NCBI GenBank assembly: GCA_964356295.1
Contig: CAYHHE010000001.1
Coordinates: forward strand, 23,908 to 87,907
Source of the DNA: an uncultured Actinomycetes bacterium
GTDB lineage: Bacteria; Actinomycetota; Actinomycetes; Jiangellales; Jiangellaceae
Reading direction: 5' to 3'
DNA: 64,000 nt
Every line of letters starts with the position of its first letter. Within the stretch, counting starts at the first letter, position 1. Shown here in pieces: positions 28,632 to 40,200 of this stretch. The position numbers and the translations under genes are program-made. Under the pieces are notes generated by a model, which worked only from the letters and a program-made list of their open reading frames with translations, did not search any database and was not told the origin of the DNA.

Positions 28632-30608
28632 ATGCGCATCGTCCACGTCGCCAACTTCTACGGACCGCGCTCGGGTGGGCTGCGCACGACGATGCACGCC
28701 CTGGGGTCGGGGTACCGGGCCGCCGGCCACGACCCCGTGATGGTCGTGCCCGGACCGCACTACCGAGTGCAGGAGACCGCCCACGGACGGCGGATCACCG
28801 TGCCGGGACGTCTGGTGCCCGGCATGGGCGGCTACCGGGTGATCACCGAGCTGGGGGCGCTGCGCAGGCTGCTCGACCAGCTCGACCCGGACCGGCTGGA
28901 GGTCAGTGACCGGAGCACGCTTCGCGGGCTTGGCCGATGGGCCGCCCAGCGGGGGGTTCCCTCGCTGATGTGGGCGCACGAACGTCTCGACGGGGTGCTC
29001 CGGTCGACCGTCCTGCCCACCGATCTCGGTGCGAGCATGGCCACCGCGGTGGCGGACCGGCTCAATCGGGCCTCGGCTGCCGCGTTCGACCGGGTGCTGT
29101 GCACGACGCAGTTCGCCGCCGAGGAGTTCGCCCGCATCAGTGCCGGCAACCTCGAGAGGGTCTCGCTCGGGGTCGACCTCGAGCACTTCTCGCCCTCCCG
29201 CCGGGACCCGGAGCTGCGACGGCGACTGGCAGCGCAGGACGAGCTGCTCGTGGTGCTCTGCTCGCGGCTGTCCCCGGAGAAGCGCCCCGAGCTGGCCCTG
29301 GAGTCGCTGGCCTCGTTGCGCCGGGCAGGGGTCAACGCCCGCCTGGTGGTCGCCGGGACGGGTCCGCGGGAGCCTCTGCTGCGCGAGATGGCACCCGACC
29401 TGCCGGTTGCGATGCTCGGGTTCGTCGCCGATCGCGCCGCTGTGGCGTCGCTGCTGGCCACCGCGGACGTCGTGGTCGCACCGGGCCCGATCGAGACGTT
29501 CGGGCTGGCCGCTCTGGAGTCCCTGGCCAGCGGCACCCCTGTGGTGGCCTCGCGTACGAGCGCCCTGGCGGAGGTGATCGGCCAGACGGCGGGGACCGGT
29601 GCGGTGGCCGATCCGACGGGACCCGCCCTGGCCGCAGCGGTCCTCGAGGTGCTGGCGATTCCGCAGCAGCAGCGACGCGACGCCGCACGACAGCGGGCTG
29701 AGGCGTTCCCCTGGTCGGCGACGGTCGCCACGATGCTGGCGCTGCACACGTCCCTGGCCTCGTCCCCGGCGCAGGGACGCGCCCCGCTGCCTCGGGCGCG
29801 CACCGCCGCGCTCGTGCGCGCCTCCTACGCCCGCACGTTGCTGGGCACGGACGCCGCCAGGGCCACCGGCGCTGGACCCCGCGTGTGCGCCCTGGGGGAC
29901 AGCGTCACCCTGGGCGTGGGCGACCTGGTGGAGCCCGGCCAGCGTCCCGGGTGGGCCGCACACGTCGCCAGAGCGCTGGACGCCTCGGCGTTCGTCAACC
30001 TCGCCAGCCTCGGTGCCCGCGCCGCCGCCGTCGCCGACGAGCAGCTCGAACGAGCGCTGGAGTACCGACCCGAGCTGGTGCTTGTCTCTGCCGGCGGCAA
30101 CGACGTGCTGCGCGGCGACCTCGACGGCCCCACCGTGGTCGAGGCCACCGCGCGCTACGTCCAGGCGCTGCAGGCGCGGGGGGCGATGGTGGTGATCTCG
30201 CGACTCCCGAACGCCGATCACGTGTCATGGCTGCCAGGGCGGCTGCGTCGGGTCCTGCAGCATCGGGTCCAGGTGGTGAACGGCGCGCTGGAGGCGGTCA
30301 GCGCACGCGCCGGCGTCCCCATGACCAGCATCACCACCCCGGGACCGACCGGGCCGACCATCGGCGCGCTCTGGCACGTCGACCGGATCCATCCCGGACC
30401 GCTGGGGCACCGACGCCTGGCCGAGGGCGCCGTGGTCGCGCTGGCTGGCCGGGGCTTCACCCAGGTCGCCGAGGTGTCCTCGGTGACCGCAGCCCCGCCT
30501 GGGGCGGCGTCCCAGATGGGCTGGTTGGTGCGCAACGGGACGCCCTGGCTGGTCAAGCGCAGCGTCGACCTGGCGCCCGCGCTGGGACGGCAGCTGCTGT
30601 CCGCCTGA
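28632..30608 (+). CDS. bifunctional GT4 glycosyltransferase / SGNH (GDSL) hydrolase fusion protein
   Basis: ATG 28632 (MRIVHVANFYGPRSGG). EX7E motif ETFGLAALE. After a linker come SGNH block I ALGDSVTLG, block III AGGND and block V DRIHP. One uninterrupted frame of 658 aa. Confidence 0.8.
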   Translation: MRIVHVANFYGPRSGGLRTTMHALGSGYRAAGHDPVMVVPGPHYRVQETAHGRRITVPGRLVPGMGGYRVITELGALRRLLDQLDPDRLEVSDRSTLRGLGRWAAQRGVPSLMWAHERLDGVLRSTVLPTDLGASMATAVADRLNRASAAAFDRVLCTTQFAAEEFARISAGNLERVSLGVDLEHFSPSRRDPELRRRLAAQDELLVVLCSRLSPEKRPELALESLASLRRAGVNARLVVAGTGPREPLLREMAPDLPVAMLGFVADRAAVASLLATADVVVAPGPIETFGLAALESLASGTPVVASRTSALAEVIGQTAGTGAVADPTGPALAAAVLEVLAIPQQQRRDAARQRAEAFPWSATVATMLALHTSLASSPAQGRAPLPRARTAALVRASYARTLLGTDAARATGAGPRVCALGDSVTLGVGDLVEPGQRPGWAAHVARALDASAFVNLASLGARAAAVADEQLERALEYRPELVLVSAGGNDVLRGDLDGPTVVEATARYVQALQARGAMVVISRLPNADHVSWLPGRLRRVLQHRVQVVNGALEAVSARAGVPMTSITTPGPTGPTIGALWHVDRIHPGPLGHRRLAEGAVVALAGRGFTQVAEVSSVTAAPPGAASQMGWLVRNGTPWLVKRSVDLAPALGRQLLSA

Positions 30609-30625
30609 CCTGCCTGGTCAGCACC

Positions 30626-31315
30626 TCAGACGTCGGTCACGCGCAGCCCCGCGTGCACCCGGTAGCGACGGTTCACCGCGATGAGGTTGGCCGTCATGGC
30701 CTCGACCTGCCTTGCGTTGCGCAACCTGCCCGCGTAGATGCCACGCATCCCCGGGATCAGCCCCACCAGATCCTGCACCAGGTCAGTGGCTTCCCGGTCG
30801 TCGCCGAGGACGAGCACGTCGGTGTCGAGGGTGCGGACCGCCGGGTCCTCCAGGAGCACCGCGGACACGTGGTGGAACGCAGCCACCACCCGAGCGTCGG
30901 GCAGCAGGGCCGCCGCCTGCTGGGCGGCGCTGCCTTCGGGGACGTCCAGGGCGAACGCGCCCTGGGAGTCGAAGCCGAGGGGGTTGACGCAGTCGATGAC
31001 GACCTTCCCAGCCAGCGCGGCGGCGAGGTCGCGCAGCACGTCGGTGTGACCGGCGTAGGGGACAGCCACGATCACCACGTCCCCGGTGGCGGCGCAGCCG
31101 GCGTTGGCCATCCCGCGAACGCCGACCCCGAGTTCGGCGGCGACCCGAGTGGCGCGCTCCTCCTCCCGCGAGCCCACCACGACCGGCAGCCCGGCGCCTG
31201 CCAGTCGTCGGGCAAGCCCACGGCCCTGGGGACCGGTCCCGCCGAGGACGGCGAGCGTGCCGAACCGCTGCGGGGTTGGTGACGGGGCCGGGTGCGAGCC
31301 GGGCTGGGGGTGCAT
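30626..31315 (-). CDS. npdG: NADPH-dependent F420 reductase
   Basis: ATG 31315. Rossmann LAVLGGTGPQGRGLA. Overall pattern of F420:NADP oxidoreductases (…VIVAVPY…VVIDC.NPL…). Confidence 0.75.
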   Translation of the reverse strand: MHPQPGSHPAPSPTPQRFGTLAVLGGTGPQGRGLARRLAGAGLPVVVGSREEERATRVAAELGVGVRGMANAGCAATGDVVIVAVPYAGHTDVLRDLAAALAGKVVIDCVNPLGFDSQGAFALDVPEGSAAQQAAALLPDARVVAAFHHVSAVLLEDPAVRTLDTDVLVLGDDREATDLVQDLVGLIPGMRGIYAGRLRNARQVEAMTANLIAVNRRYRVHAGLRVTDV

Positions 31316-31325
31316 GGGTCCTCCT

Positions 31326-32441
31326 TCAACGGGTGTCAGAGTCGCCGCACCAGTCACCGACCACCTGGCCGGTGTCGTCCCCGGTGCGCGGCGGGCGAGG
31401 CGGATGCGCGGGGGTGCGCGAGAACCGGGGGGCCGGCGCGGCCTGCGTGACGCCGTCCACCTCCAGCAGCGTGCCTCGGGCCGTCAGGTGCGGATGCGCC
31501 GCTGCCTCACCCCACGTCAGCACCGGTGTCACGCAGGCGTCCACGTGGGCGAACACGCTCGCCCACTCGTCGCGGGTGCGGGTGGCGAAGGCCTCGGTGA
31601 ACCGACGCCGCAGCTCCGGCCACCCCGAGGCGTCGAGCTGTGCCGGGAGGGCCTCCTGCGCCATCCCGAGGGTGGCCACCAGGGCCGCGTAGAACTGCGG
31701 CTCGAGCGCCGCCACCGCGACATACCGACCGTCGGCGCATGCGTAGGTGTCGTAGAACGGCGCCCCGCCGTCGAGCAGGTTCGTCGAGCGCTCGTCCGCC
31801 CAGCCGCCGACGCTGCGCATCGACCACACCAGCTGGCTGAGCAGGCTGACCCCGTCCACCATGGCGGCATCGACCAGCTGCCCCGACCCCGATCGCTCGC
31901 GCTCCCACAGAGCAGCGAGGATCCCGACCAGCAGCAGCATCGAGCCACCCCCGTAGTCGGCGACCAGGTTGAGCGGCGGGGGCGGGGGAGCGGGCGGTCG
32001 GCCGATCGCGGCCAGCGCCCCCACCATCGACAGGTAGTTCAGGTCGTGGCCGGCCCGCAGGGCCAGCGGCCCGTCCTGACCCCATCCGGTCATCCGGGCG
32101 TAGACCAGACGCGGGTTGCGGTGCAGGCACACCTGCGGCCCGACGCCGAGCCGTTCGGCCACGCCCGGGCGGAAGCCCTCGACGAGCACGTCGGCATGCT
32201 CGACGAGCCGGAGCACCACGGCTCGGTCGGCGTCGTCCTTGAGGTCGGCCCGCACCCATCGCCGTCCTCGCAACGTCACGCTGTCGGCCCCCAGCGAGCC
32301 CGCTGTGCCGGGTCGCTCCACCCGCACGACGTCCGCGCCGAGGTCGGCCAGCACCATCGCCGCATGTGGACCAGGCCCGATCCCCGCCAGCTCGACGACC
32401 CGCAGGCCCGCCAGCGGGCCACCATCTGCGCGCTGGGTCAT
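31326..32441 (-). CDS. family III CoA-transferase (CaiB/BaiF; alpha-methylacyl-CoA racemase-like)
   Basis: 371 aa. [36 protein letters not shown]-terminus. Confidence 0.85.
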   Translation of the reverse strand: MTQRADGGPLAGLRVVELAGIGPGPHAAMVLADLGADVVRVERPGTAGSLGADSVTLRGRRWVRADLKDDADRAVVLRLVEHADVLVEGFRPGVAERLGVGPQVCLHRNPRLVYARMTGWGQDGPLALRAGHDLNYLSMVGALAAIGRPPAPPPPPLNLVADYGGGSMLLLVGILAALWERERSGSGQLVDAAMVDGVSLLSQLVWSMRSVGGWADERSTNLLDGGAPFYDTYACADGRYVAVAALEPQFYAALVATLGMAQEALPAQLDASGWPELRRRFTEAFATRTRDEWASVFAHVDACVTPVLTWGEAAAHPHLTARGTLLEVDGVTQAAPAPRFSRTPAHPPRPPRTGDDTGQVVGDWCGDSDTR

Positions 32442-32560
32442 CGCCCTCCTCGACCGCCATGGAACGGCGGGGTTACCGGTGAGTAGTCTCCATCAAGCAT
32501 TCATGACCCCTCCCCCGTCCGGTCTGGCGGGGTTGCGTCCGTGCGAAGGGAGAGCTGCCG

Positions 32561-33775
32561 GTGAGTGGTGAGGCCTACATCTACGAGGCGATCCGAACAC
32601 CACGGGGCAAGGGCAAGGCCAACGGGTCGCTGCACCGGGTCAAGCCGGTCACTCTCGTCGTCGGCCTGCTCGACGAACTGACCTCGCGCCACCCTGGCCT
32701 GGACACCGAGCGCGTCGACGACCTCATCCTCGGATGCGTCTCACCGGTCGGTGACCAGGGCGCCGACATCGCCCGCACCGCGGCGGTGGCCGCCGGGCTT
32801 CCGCTCACGGTCGCCGGCGTGCAGGTCAACCGGTTCTGCGCCTCGGCGCTGGAGGCCATCAACCTCGCCGCCGCCAAGGTGGTGTCCGGATGGGACGAGA
32901 TGGTCATCGCCGGCGGCGTCGAGTCGATGTCACGGGTGCCGATGGGCTCCGACGGCGGCGCGTGGGGGATGGACCCGGAGACGAACTACACGACCTACTT
33001 CGTTCCGCAGGGCATCAGCGCGGACCTCATCGCCACGCTGGAGGGCTTCACCCGGCAGGACGTCGACGCCTTCGCGGTGCGCTCGCAGAACCTGGCGGCA
33101 GGCGCGTGGAGCGCAGGGCGCTTCGCCAAGAGCGTGGTGCCGGTCCTCGACCGCAACGGCCTGCTGGTGCTCGACCACGACGAGCACATGCGGCCCAGCA
33201 CCACGATGGAGACGCTGGCCGCGTTGCCCCCGTCCTTCGCCGGCATCGGGGACGTGGGCGGGTTCGACGCGGTTGCCCTGCAGAAGTACCACTGGGTGGA
33301 GCGGATCTCCCACGTGCACACCGCCGGGAACTCCTCGGGCATCGTCGACGGGGCCGCCCTGGTGCTCCTGGGCACCGAGCAGGCCGGCGCAGAGATGGGC
33401 CTGACGCCGCGTGGCCGCATCGTGTCCACCGCGGTCACCGGCTCGGACCCCACCATCATGCTGACCGGCCCCACGCCGGCCACGCTCAAGGCGCTCGCGA
33501 CCGCCGGGCTGAGCAAGGACGACATCGACCTGTGGGAGCTCAACGAGGCGTTCGCGGCAGTCGTCCTGAAGTGGGTCAAGGACCTCGACCTGCCGATGGA
33601 GAAGGTCAACGTCAACGGCGGGGCCATTGCGATGGGGCACCCGCTGGGAGCGACCGGGGCGATGATCTTCGGAACGGTGCTGGACGAGCTCGAGCGCATC
33701 GGCGGCCGCTACGCGCTGGTCACGCTGTGCATCGGCGGCGGAATGGGCGTGGCAACCATCATCGAGCGAGTGTGA
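32561..33775 (+). CDS. fadA: acetyl-CoA C-acyltransferase (thiolase)
   Basis: 404 aa. [14 protein letters not shown], active-site [11 protein letters not shown]-terminal [13 protein letters not shown]. Confidence 0.9.
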   Translation: MSGEAYIYEAIRTPRGKGKANGSLHRVKPVTLVVGLLDELTSRHPGLDTERVDDLILGCVSPVGDQGADIARTAAVAAGLPLTVAGVQVNRFCASALEAINLAAAKVVSGWDEMVIAGGVESMSRVPMGSDGGAWGMDPETNYTTYFVPQGISADLIATLEGFTRQDVDAFAVRSQNLAAGAWSAGRFAKSVVPVLDRNGLLVLDHDEHMRPSTTMETLAALPPSFAGIGDVGGFDAVALQKYHWVERISHVHTAGNSSGIVDGAALVLLGTEQAGAEMGLTPRGRIVSTAVTGSDPTIMLTGPTPATLKALATAGLSKDDIDLWELNEAFAAVVLKWVKDLDLPMEKVNVNGGAIAMGHPLGATGAMIFGTVLDELERIGGRYALVTLCIGGGMGVATIIERV

Positions 33776-33792
33776 GAGGGCGAGACGACACG

Positions 33793-35955
33793 ATGACGCA
33801 GGACATGATCGGCTGGGACGCAGGCGTCGGCGGAGTCGTCGTGCTGACGATGGACGACCCGGGCCAGAGCGCCAACACGTTCAACGCCGCTTTTCGGCAG
33901 GGCCTCGCGGCCACCGTCGAACGGCTCGAGGCCGAGCGCGACCAGATCGCCGGAGTGATCCTCACCAGCGCCAAGAAGACGTTCTTCGCCGGCGCCGACC
34001 TGAACTGGATCAAGGGTGTCACCCAGGACGACGCGGCGGACCTCGCTGATGCCATCACGGCGTTCAAGGCGCTGACCCGGCGGCTGGAGACCTACGGCAA
34101 GCCCGTGGTGGCCGCGATCAACGGCGCGGCGCTCGGTGCTGGTCTGGAGATCGCGCTGGCCTGCCACCATCGTGTCGCCCTCGACGTGCCCGGCAGCGAG
34201 ATCGGCTTCCCGGAGGTGTCCCTCGGACTGCTGCCCGGAGGGGGTGGCATCGCGCGCACCGTGCGGATGTTCGGCATCCAGAAGGCGCTCACCGAGATGC
34301 TGCTGCAGGGTCAGCGCTACCGGCCCAGCCAGGCCAAGGAGATCGGCCTGGTCGACGCGCTGGCCCACACACCCGAGGCGATGATGGACGCTGCCTACAC
34401 GTGGATCCGGGACAACCCGGAGCCGGTGCAGCCCTGGGACGTCAAGGGACACCGGGTCCCTGGCGGCACGCCCGCAGACCCGTCCTTCGCGGCGATGCTG
34501 CCGATGTTCCCGGCGAACCTGCGCAAGCAGCTCAAGGGCGCGCCGATGCCCGCCCCGCACAACATCATGGCTGCGGCCATCGAGGGCTCGCAGACCGACT
34601 TCGACAACGCGCTGCGTCTGGAGACCGAGTACTTCGTCGACCTGGCCACCGGCCAGGTGGCCAAGAACATGATCCAGGCGATCTTCTTCGACATGCAGCA
34701 CGTGTCGCGCGGCGGCAGCCGACCCGAGGGCTACCCGCACCGCAAGGCGTCCAAGGCCGTCGTGCTGGGCGCCGGGATGATGGGCGCCGGCATCGCCTAC
34801 GCGTGCGCCCGCAGCGGCCTGGACGTCGTGCTCAAGGACGTCTCGTCCGACGCTGCGGAGAAGGGCAAGTCCTACGGCGAGAGGCTGCTGTCCAAGGCCG
34901 TCTCGCGTGGGCGGATGAGCGAGGAGAAGGCTGCTGCGATCCTGGATCGCATCGTTGCCACCGCCGACTACGCCGACGCCGCGGGTGCGGACGTGATGAT
35001 CGAGGCGGTCTTCGAGGACCAGGACCTCAAGAAGCAGGTGTACGCCGACTCCGAACCCCGGCTGGCCGCGGAGGCGTTGCTGGCGTCCAACACCTCCACT
35101 CTTCCGATCACCGGTCTGGCCGAGGGAGTGACCCGTCCCAAGGACTTCATCGGCCTGCACTTCTTCTCACCCGTCGACAAGATGCGGCTGCTGGAGATCG
35201 TGGTCGGGGAGCAGACCACGGACGAGACGCTGGCTCGGGCCGTCGACCTGGCGCTGCAGATCGGCAAGGTGCCGATCGTGGTCAACGACAGCCACGGCTT
35301 CTTCACGTCCCGGGTGATCGGTACGTTCGTCATGGAGGCGATCACCATGCTCGCTGAGGGCGTGCCGGCCCCGTCCATCGAGCAGGCGGGTCTGCAGGCG
35401 GGCTACCCGACGGCGCCGTTGGCGCTCACCGACGAGATCAGCCTGGTGCTGTGGCGGCGCATCCGAGGTCAGGAGAAGGCGGCGGTCGAGGCTGCGGGCC
35501 GCACGTTCGAGCCGAGGGTCGCCGACTCGGTCATCGACCGGATGGTCGTCGACCTCGAACGTGGCGGGCGGGCCGCCGGGAGTGGCTTCTACGACTACGC
35601 CGAGGGCAAGCGGGTCGGGCTGTGGCCCGGCCTGCCGGAGCACTTCGGTGGCGACAACCGCGACGTGCCGTTCGAGGACCTGAAGGAACGGATGCTCGTC
35701 GTGGAGGCCATCGAGAGCGTGAGGTGCCTGGACGAGGGCGTGCTGCGTTCGGTGCCCGACGCCAACGTCGGCTCGATCCTCGGCATCGGCTTCCCGGCCT
35801 GGACCGGCGGCGTCCTGCAGTACGTCAATGGATATCCCGGCGGTCCTGAAGGGTTCGTGGCCCGTGCCCGCGAGCTGGCGGGCAGGTACGGCGAGCGGTT
35901 CGAGCCCCCCGCGTCGCTGGTGACGCTGGCAGACTCCGGTGGTCGATACGAGTGA
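33793..35955 (+). CDS. fadB: fatty-acid oxidation multifunctional protein (enoyl-CoA hydratase / 3-hydroxyacyl-CoA dehydrogenase)
   Basis: ATG 33793, 720 aa. FFAGADL crotonase motif and [15 protein letters not shown]-binding motif. Confidence 0.9.
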   Translation: MTQDMIGWDAGVGGVVVLTMDDPGQSANTFNAAFRQGLAATVERLEAERDQIAGVILTSAKKTFFAGADLNWIKGVTQDDAADLADAITAFKALTRRLETYGKPVVAAINGAALGAGLEIALACHHRVALDVPGSEIGFPEVSLGLLPGGGGIARTVRMFGIQKALTEMLLQGQRYRPSQAKEIGLVDALAHTPEAMMDAAYTWIRDNPEPVQPWDVKGHRVPGGTPADPSFAAMLPMFPANLRKQLKGAPMPAPHNIMAAAIEGSQTDFDNALRLETEYFVDLATGQVAKNMIQAIFFDMQHVSRGGSRPEGYPHRKASKAVVLGAGMMGAGIAYACARSGLDVVLKDVSSDAAEKGKSYGERLLSKAVSRGRMSEEKAAAILDRIVATADYADAAGADVMIEAVFEDQDLKKQVYADSEPRLAAEALLASNTSTLPITGLAEGVTRPKDFIGLHFFSPVDKMRLLEIVVGEQTTDETLARAVDLALQIGKVPIVVNDSHGFFTSRVIGTFVMEAITMLAEGVPAPSIEQAGLQAGYPTAPLALTDEISLVLWRRIRGQEKAAVEAAGRTFEPRVADSVIDRMVVDLERGGRAAGSGFYDYAEGKRVGLWPGLPEHFGGDNRDVPFEDLKERMLVVEAIESVRCLDEGVLRSVPDANVGSILGIGFPAWTGGVLQYVNGYPGGPEGFVARARELAGRYGERFEPPASLVTLADSGGRYE

Positions 35956-38548
35956 GCCCACCGCTGGCCGGACGGGTCACCCCACCCGCCCGGCGATGCG
36001 GCGTGCCCTGCGGCGGGCCGGTGACGGCGTCACGCTCGACCCCGCCGAGAGCGAGGTGCTGCTGCAGGCCCGCGACGACGACCTCGACGAGCTGTGCGTG
36101 GCGGCCGCCCGGGTGCGCGACGCCGGGCTCGAGGCGGCCGGACGTCCCGGGGTCGTCACCTACTCCCGCAAGGTCTTCATCCCGCTGACCCGGCTGTGCC
36201 GGGACCGGTGCCACTACTGCACGTTCGTCACCGTTCCCGGCCTGCTGGGCAAGCAGGATCGTGAGCCGTACCTGTCGGCGGACGAGGTGCGCGCCATCGC
36301 CCGAGCGGGTGCGGCGGCGCAGTGCAAGGAGGCCCTGTTCACCCTCGGGGACAGGCCGGAGGACCGGTGGCCGGTCGCTCGGGAGTGGCTGACCTCCCGC
36401 GGGTACGCGTCCACGCTGGACTACCTGCGCGCGATGGCGGTGCTCGTCCTGGAGGACACCGGGCTGCTGCCGCACCTCAACCCCGGCGTGCTGAGCTGGG
36501 AGGAGATCGCACGGCTGCGGCCCGTCGCGGCGTCGATGGGCCTGATGCTGGAGACCACGTCCCGGCGGCTGTTCGAGACTCCCGGAGCCGCCCACTTCGG
36601 CTCGCCGGACAAGGACCCGGCCGTGCGGCTGCGCGTGATCGACGACGCGGGTCGGCAGTGCGTCCCGTTCACCTCGGGTCTGCTGGTCGGGATCGGGGAG
36701 ACGGCGGCTGAACGGGCGGAATCCATCCACGCCCTGCGTGCGGCCGGCCGTCGGTACGGCCACCTGCAGGAGGTGATCGTGCAGAACTTCCGCGCCAAGC
36801 AGGGGACGGCGATGCAGGCGGCCACGGATGCGGACCGCCAGGCCTACCTGGCCGCGGTGGCGGTCACCCGGCTGGTGCTCGGGCCCTCGGCACGGGTCCA
36901 GGTGCCGCCGAACCTGTCTGACCCGGATGACCTGGGTGCGCTGCTGAGGGCCGGCGCGGACGACTGGGGAGGGGTGAGCCCGCTCACCCCCGACCACGTC
37001 AACCCGGAACGTCCCTGGCCGCACCTGGACGATCTCGCCCGGCTGACATCCGACGCCGGGTTCGTCCTGCGCGAACGGCTCGCCGTCCACCCCGAGTACG
37101 TCCGCACCTGGCAGGAGTGGCTCGACCCCAGGGTCCGGCCGCACGTGGATGCCCTCGCCGCTTCCGACGGCCTCGCGGTGCCGGGCCGGGTTCCTGCCGG
37201 ACTCCCTTGGCAGGAGCCCGACCCCACCTGGGGCCGCCGCGCCCGCCCCGGCCCTCCCCCCCGCCCGTCCCGTCCCGCCCGGCCCACCAGGCCCACCAGC
37301 GACGATCTTGACGCCAAGGTCGACGACGGCCCCACGAGTCGTGGCTACCGTCAAGATCGTGGACGAGGGGGGCGGGCAGGGGCTCCGGAGCGGGTCGACG
37401 CGGATGTCGCCGCCGCGCTGCGGGCGGCCGAGGGTGACCCGGCCGCGCTGACCGACGCCCAGTACCTCGCGCTGGCCGGGGCGGACGGTCCGGCGCTGCA
37501 CGCCCTGACCGGGCTGGCGGACGCCCTGCGCCGCGACACCGTCGGCGACGTCGTCACCTACGTGGTGAACCGGAACATCAACTTCACCAACGTCTGCTAC
37601 ACCGGCTGCCGGTTCTGCGCCTTCGCCCAGCGCCGCACGGACGCCGACGCGTTCACCCTGTCCCTGGACGAGGTCGCCGAGCGCGCCGCCCGGGCCTGGG
37701 ACGCGGGGGCGAGCGAGGTGTGCCTGCAGGGCGGCATCCACCCCGACCTGCCGGGCAGCGCCTACGCCGACCTCGTCGCGGCGGTCAAGCGCCGCGTGCC
37801 GCAGATCCACGTGCACGCCTTCAGCCCGATGGAGATCGTCAACGGCGCCGCACGCACCGGCCTGAGCATCCGGGAGTTCCTGGTGTGCCTGCGCGAGTCG
37901 GGCCTGGACTCGATCCCCGGGACGGCCGCGGAGATCCTGGACGACGACGTCCGGTGGGTGCTCACCAAGGGCAAGCTGCCGACGGCCTCGTGGGTCGAGG
38001 TGGTCAGCGCCGCTCACGAGGTCGGACTCCGCTCGAGCAGCACGATGATGTTCGGCCACGTGGACGCGCCGCAGCACTGGGTGGGGCACCTGCGCGTGCT
38101 CCGGCAGGTCCAGGACCGCACCGGAGGGTTCACCGAGTTCGTCCCGCTACCCTTCGTCCACCAGAGCGCGCCGCTGTACCTGTCCGGCGTGGCCAGGCCC
38201 GGGCCGACCCGCCGGGAGAGCACCGCCGTCCACGCCCTGGCCCGGCTGATGCTGCACCGACGCATCGACCACGTGCAGACCTCCTGGGTCAAGCTGGGGA
38301 CCACCGGAGCGCAGGCGATGCTCCAGGCGGGCGCGGACGACCTCGGGGGGACGCTCATGGAGGAGACGATCAGCGCGATGGCCGGGTCGCAGCACGGCAC
38401 GTCCCGCACGCCAGCCGAGCTGGACGAGATCGCCCACGGCATCGGCCGCCCCACCCGCATCCGCAGCACCGTCTACGGTGAGGTCGCCCCCGACCGGCAG
38501 CGGCGCGCCCGCGCCGTTGCGTCGTACCGTGGGGTCGTGTCGGTCTGA
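35939..38548 (+). CDS. fbiC: bifunctional FO synthase (CofG+CofH fusion)
   Basis: Two radical-SAM clusters: [10 protein letters not shown] and [11 protein letters not shown] Pro/Arg-rich linker sits between the halves. Start is GTG 35939 (overlapping the fadB end) or ATG 35996. Confidence 0.9.
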   Translation: MVDTSEPTAGRTGHPTRPAMRRALRRAGDGVTLDPAESEVLLQARDDDLDELCVAAARVRDAGLEAAGRPGVVTYSRKVFIPLTRLCRDRCHYCTFVTVPGLLGKQDREPYLSADEVRAIARAGAAAQCKEALFTLGDRPEDRWPVAREWLTSRGYASTLDYLRAMAVLVLEDTGLLPHLNPGVLSWEEIARLRPVAASMGLMLETTSRRLFETPGAAHFGSPDKDPAVRLRVIDDAGRQCVPFTSGLLVGIGETAAERAESIHALRAAGRRYGHLQEVIVQNFRAKQGTAMQAATDADRQAYLAAVAVTRLVLGPSARVQVPPNLSDPDDLGALLRAGADDWGGVSPLTPDHVNPERPWPHLDDLARLTSDAGFVLRERLAVHPEYVRTWQEWLDPRVRPHVDALAASDGLAVPGRVPAGLPWQEPDPTWGRRARPGPPPRPSRPARPTRPTSDDLDAKVDDGPTSRGYRQDRGRGGRAGAPERVDADVAAALRAAEGDPAALTDAQYLALAGADGPALHALTGLADALRRDTVGDVVTYVVNRNINFTNVCYTGCRFCAFAQRRTDADAFTLSLDEVAERAARAWDAGASEVCLQGGIHPDLPGSAYADLVAAVKRRVPQIHVHAFSPMEIVNGAARTGLSIREFLVCLRESGLDSIPGTAAEILDDDVRWVLTKGKLPTASWVEVVSAAHEVGLRSSSTMMFGHVDAPQHWVGHLRVLRQVQDRTGGFTEFVPLPFVHQSAPLYLSGVARPGPTRRESTAVHALARLMLHRRIDHVQTSWVKLGTTGAQAMLQAGADDLGGTLMEETISAMAGSQHGTSRTPAELDEIAHGIGRPTRIRSTVYGEVAPDRQRRARAVASYRGVVSV

Positions 38549-38563
38549 GCGAGAGGACGGCTG

Positions 38564-38965
38564 ATGAGTCCCGAGGGGTCGGTGGTGACCCGGACGACCC
38601 GGCAGCGCACCGCCATCGCGGAGCTGCTGGACTCCCTCGAGGACTTCCACAGCGCGCAGGAGCTGCACGGGATGCTCCTCGCCCGCCGGTCCCGGGTCGG
38701 GTTGTCGACGGTGTACCGCACGCTGCAGGCGATGGCCGACGCAGCCGAGCTCGACGTGCTGCGCCTGGACGACGGCCAGGCGCTCTACCGGCGCTGCAGC
38801 ACCGGTCACCACCACCATCTGGTCTGCCGCGAGTGCGGCCGCACCGTCGAGGTCGAGGGTCCAGCAGCGGAGACGTGGGCTGCCCGCGTCGCCCAGGCCC
38901 ACGGGTTCATCGACGTGACCCACCAGCTCGAGGTGTTCGGCACCTGCCCTGACTGCGCCGGGTAG
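38564..38965 (+). CDS. Fur-family transcriptional regulator (Zur/FurB-like)
   Basis: 133 aa. TRQR..I, STVYRTL, HHHHLVCRECG and C-terminal CPDC metal sites. Confidence 0.85.
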   Translation: MSPEGSVVTRTTRQRTAIAELLDSLEDFHSAQELHGMLLARRSRVGLSTVYRTLQAMADAAELDVLRLDDGQALYRRCSTGHHHHLVCRECGRTVEVEGPAAETWAARVAQAHGFIDVTHQLEVFGTCPDCAG

Positions 38966-38968
38966 GCC

Positions 38969-40189
38969 GTGCCCGCGCTGCTCGGTCCCTACCGGGACGT
39001 CCTCACCGTGCCCGGCGCTGCACCGTTCTCGGTCAGCGCGCTGCTGGCCAGGCTCCCGATCTCGATGCTGGGGATCGGCCTGGTGCTGCTCGTCTCGGGT
39101 ACTCGGGGCTCGTACGCCGATGCCGGCGCGGTCGCTGCAGCGGCGCTGGTCGCCGGATCGTTGGTGGCGCCGCTGCAGGCTCGGCTGGCCGACCGCTGGG
39201 GGCAGCAACGGGTCATCGCGCCACTGCTGGCCGTCCACTCGGCCGCGCTGGTGCTGGGGGTGTGGGCCGCGGTCGAGGGGCGCTCGCTGCTGCTGGTCAG
39301 CCTTGCCGCCGCGGTCGCGGGGGCCGCGCTGCCGCAGTTCGGCGCGTTCGTCCGGGCCCGCTGGTCGGCCGTCCTCGCCGGAACCGGGCGTCTGCCGACG
39401 GCCTTCGCCTGGGAGTCGGTGCTCGACGAGGTCGTCTTCGTCGTCGGCCCGGTGCTGGTGACCGTCGTGGCCACGTCGATCAGCCCCGTCCTCGCCGTGC
39501 TCGCAACGCTGGTGTTCACCGTGGGCGGAGGGCTGGCCTACCTGGCCTGTCGTTCGACGGTGCCGGCGCGCCACGGGCCCGCACCAGCGCACGCGCGCGA
39601 CCGGCTGGCGCTGCGAACCCTGGGTCCGCTGATGGCGGCGTTCGTCGCGCTCGGCGCGGTGTTCGGCGCCGTGGAGGTCGCCACCGTCGCCTTCGCCGAC
39701 GAGCAGGGCCGGCAGGTGGCCGCGGGTCTGGTCCTGGCCGCGTTCGCGGCCGGAAGCCTCGTCTCGGGCGTGGTCTTCGGCGCCGTCGCCTCCGGTCCCC
39801 CTACCCGCAGACGGCTTGTCGCAGGGCAGGTCGTGCTCACCGTCGCGCTGGTGCCCACCCTCTCCGTGGGCTCCCTGCCCGCCTTGGCCGTGATGCTCGC
39901 GCTGGCGGGGGTGTCGATCTCCCCGTCGCTCATCACCGGGTTCGGGCTCGCCGAGGCCACCAGTCCGCGGTCCCGGATGACCGAGGCCCTGGCCTGGACC
40001 TCGACGGCGGTGGGGGTCGGTGTCGCGATCGGCGCCGCGCTCGCCGGGCCGGTGATCGACAGCGCCGGCGCGGCCCAGGCGTTCGTGGTCCCTGTCGTCG
40101 CCGCGACCACGGCCGTGGCGTGCGCGCTGCTGATCCCGGGCAGGCGCCCCACCACCCGGGTGGACGTCGCATACACCGGCCTGTCGTAG
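38969..40189 (+). CDS. MFS transporter
   Basis: 406 aa, about 12 hydrophobic segments. GTG start 3 nt after the fur stop. Confidence 0.8.
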   Translation: MPALLGPYRDVLTVPGAAPFSVSALLARLPISMLGIGLVLLVSGTRGSYADAGAVAAAALVAGSLVAPLQARLADRWGQQRVIAPLLAVHSAALVLGVWAAVEGRSLLLVSLAAAVAGAALPQFGAFVRARWSAVLAGTGRLPTAFAWESVLDEVVFVVGPVLVTVVATSISPVLAVLATLVFTVGGGLAYLACRSTVPARHGPAPAHARDRLALRTLGPLMAAFVALGAVFGAVEVATVAFADEQGRQVAAGLVLAAFAAGSLVSGVVFGAVASGPPTRRRLVAGQVVLTVALVPTLSVGSLPALAVMLALAGVSISPSLITGFGLAEATSPRSRMTEALAWTSTAVGVGVAIGAALAGPVIDSAGAAQAFVVPVVAATTAVACALLIPGRRPTTRVDVAYTGLS

Positions 40190-40200
40190 CGTCGGTGTCC

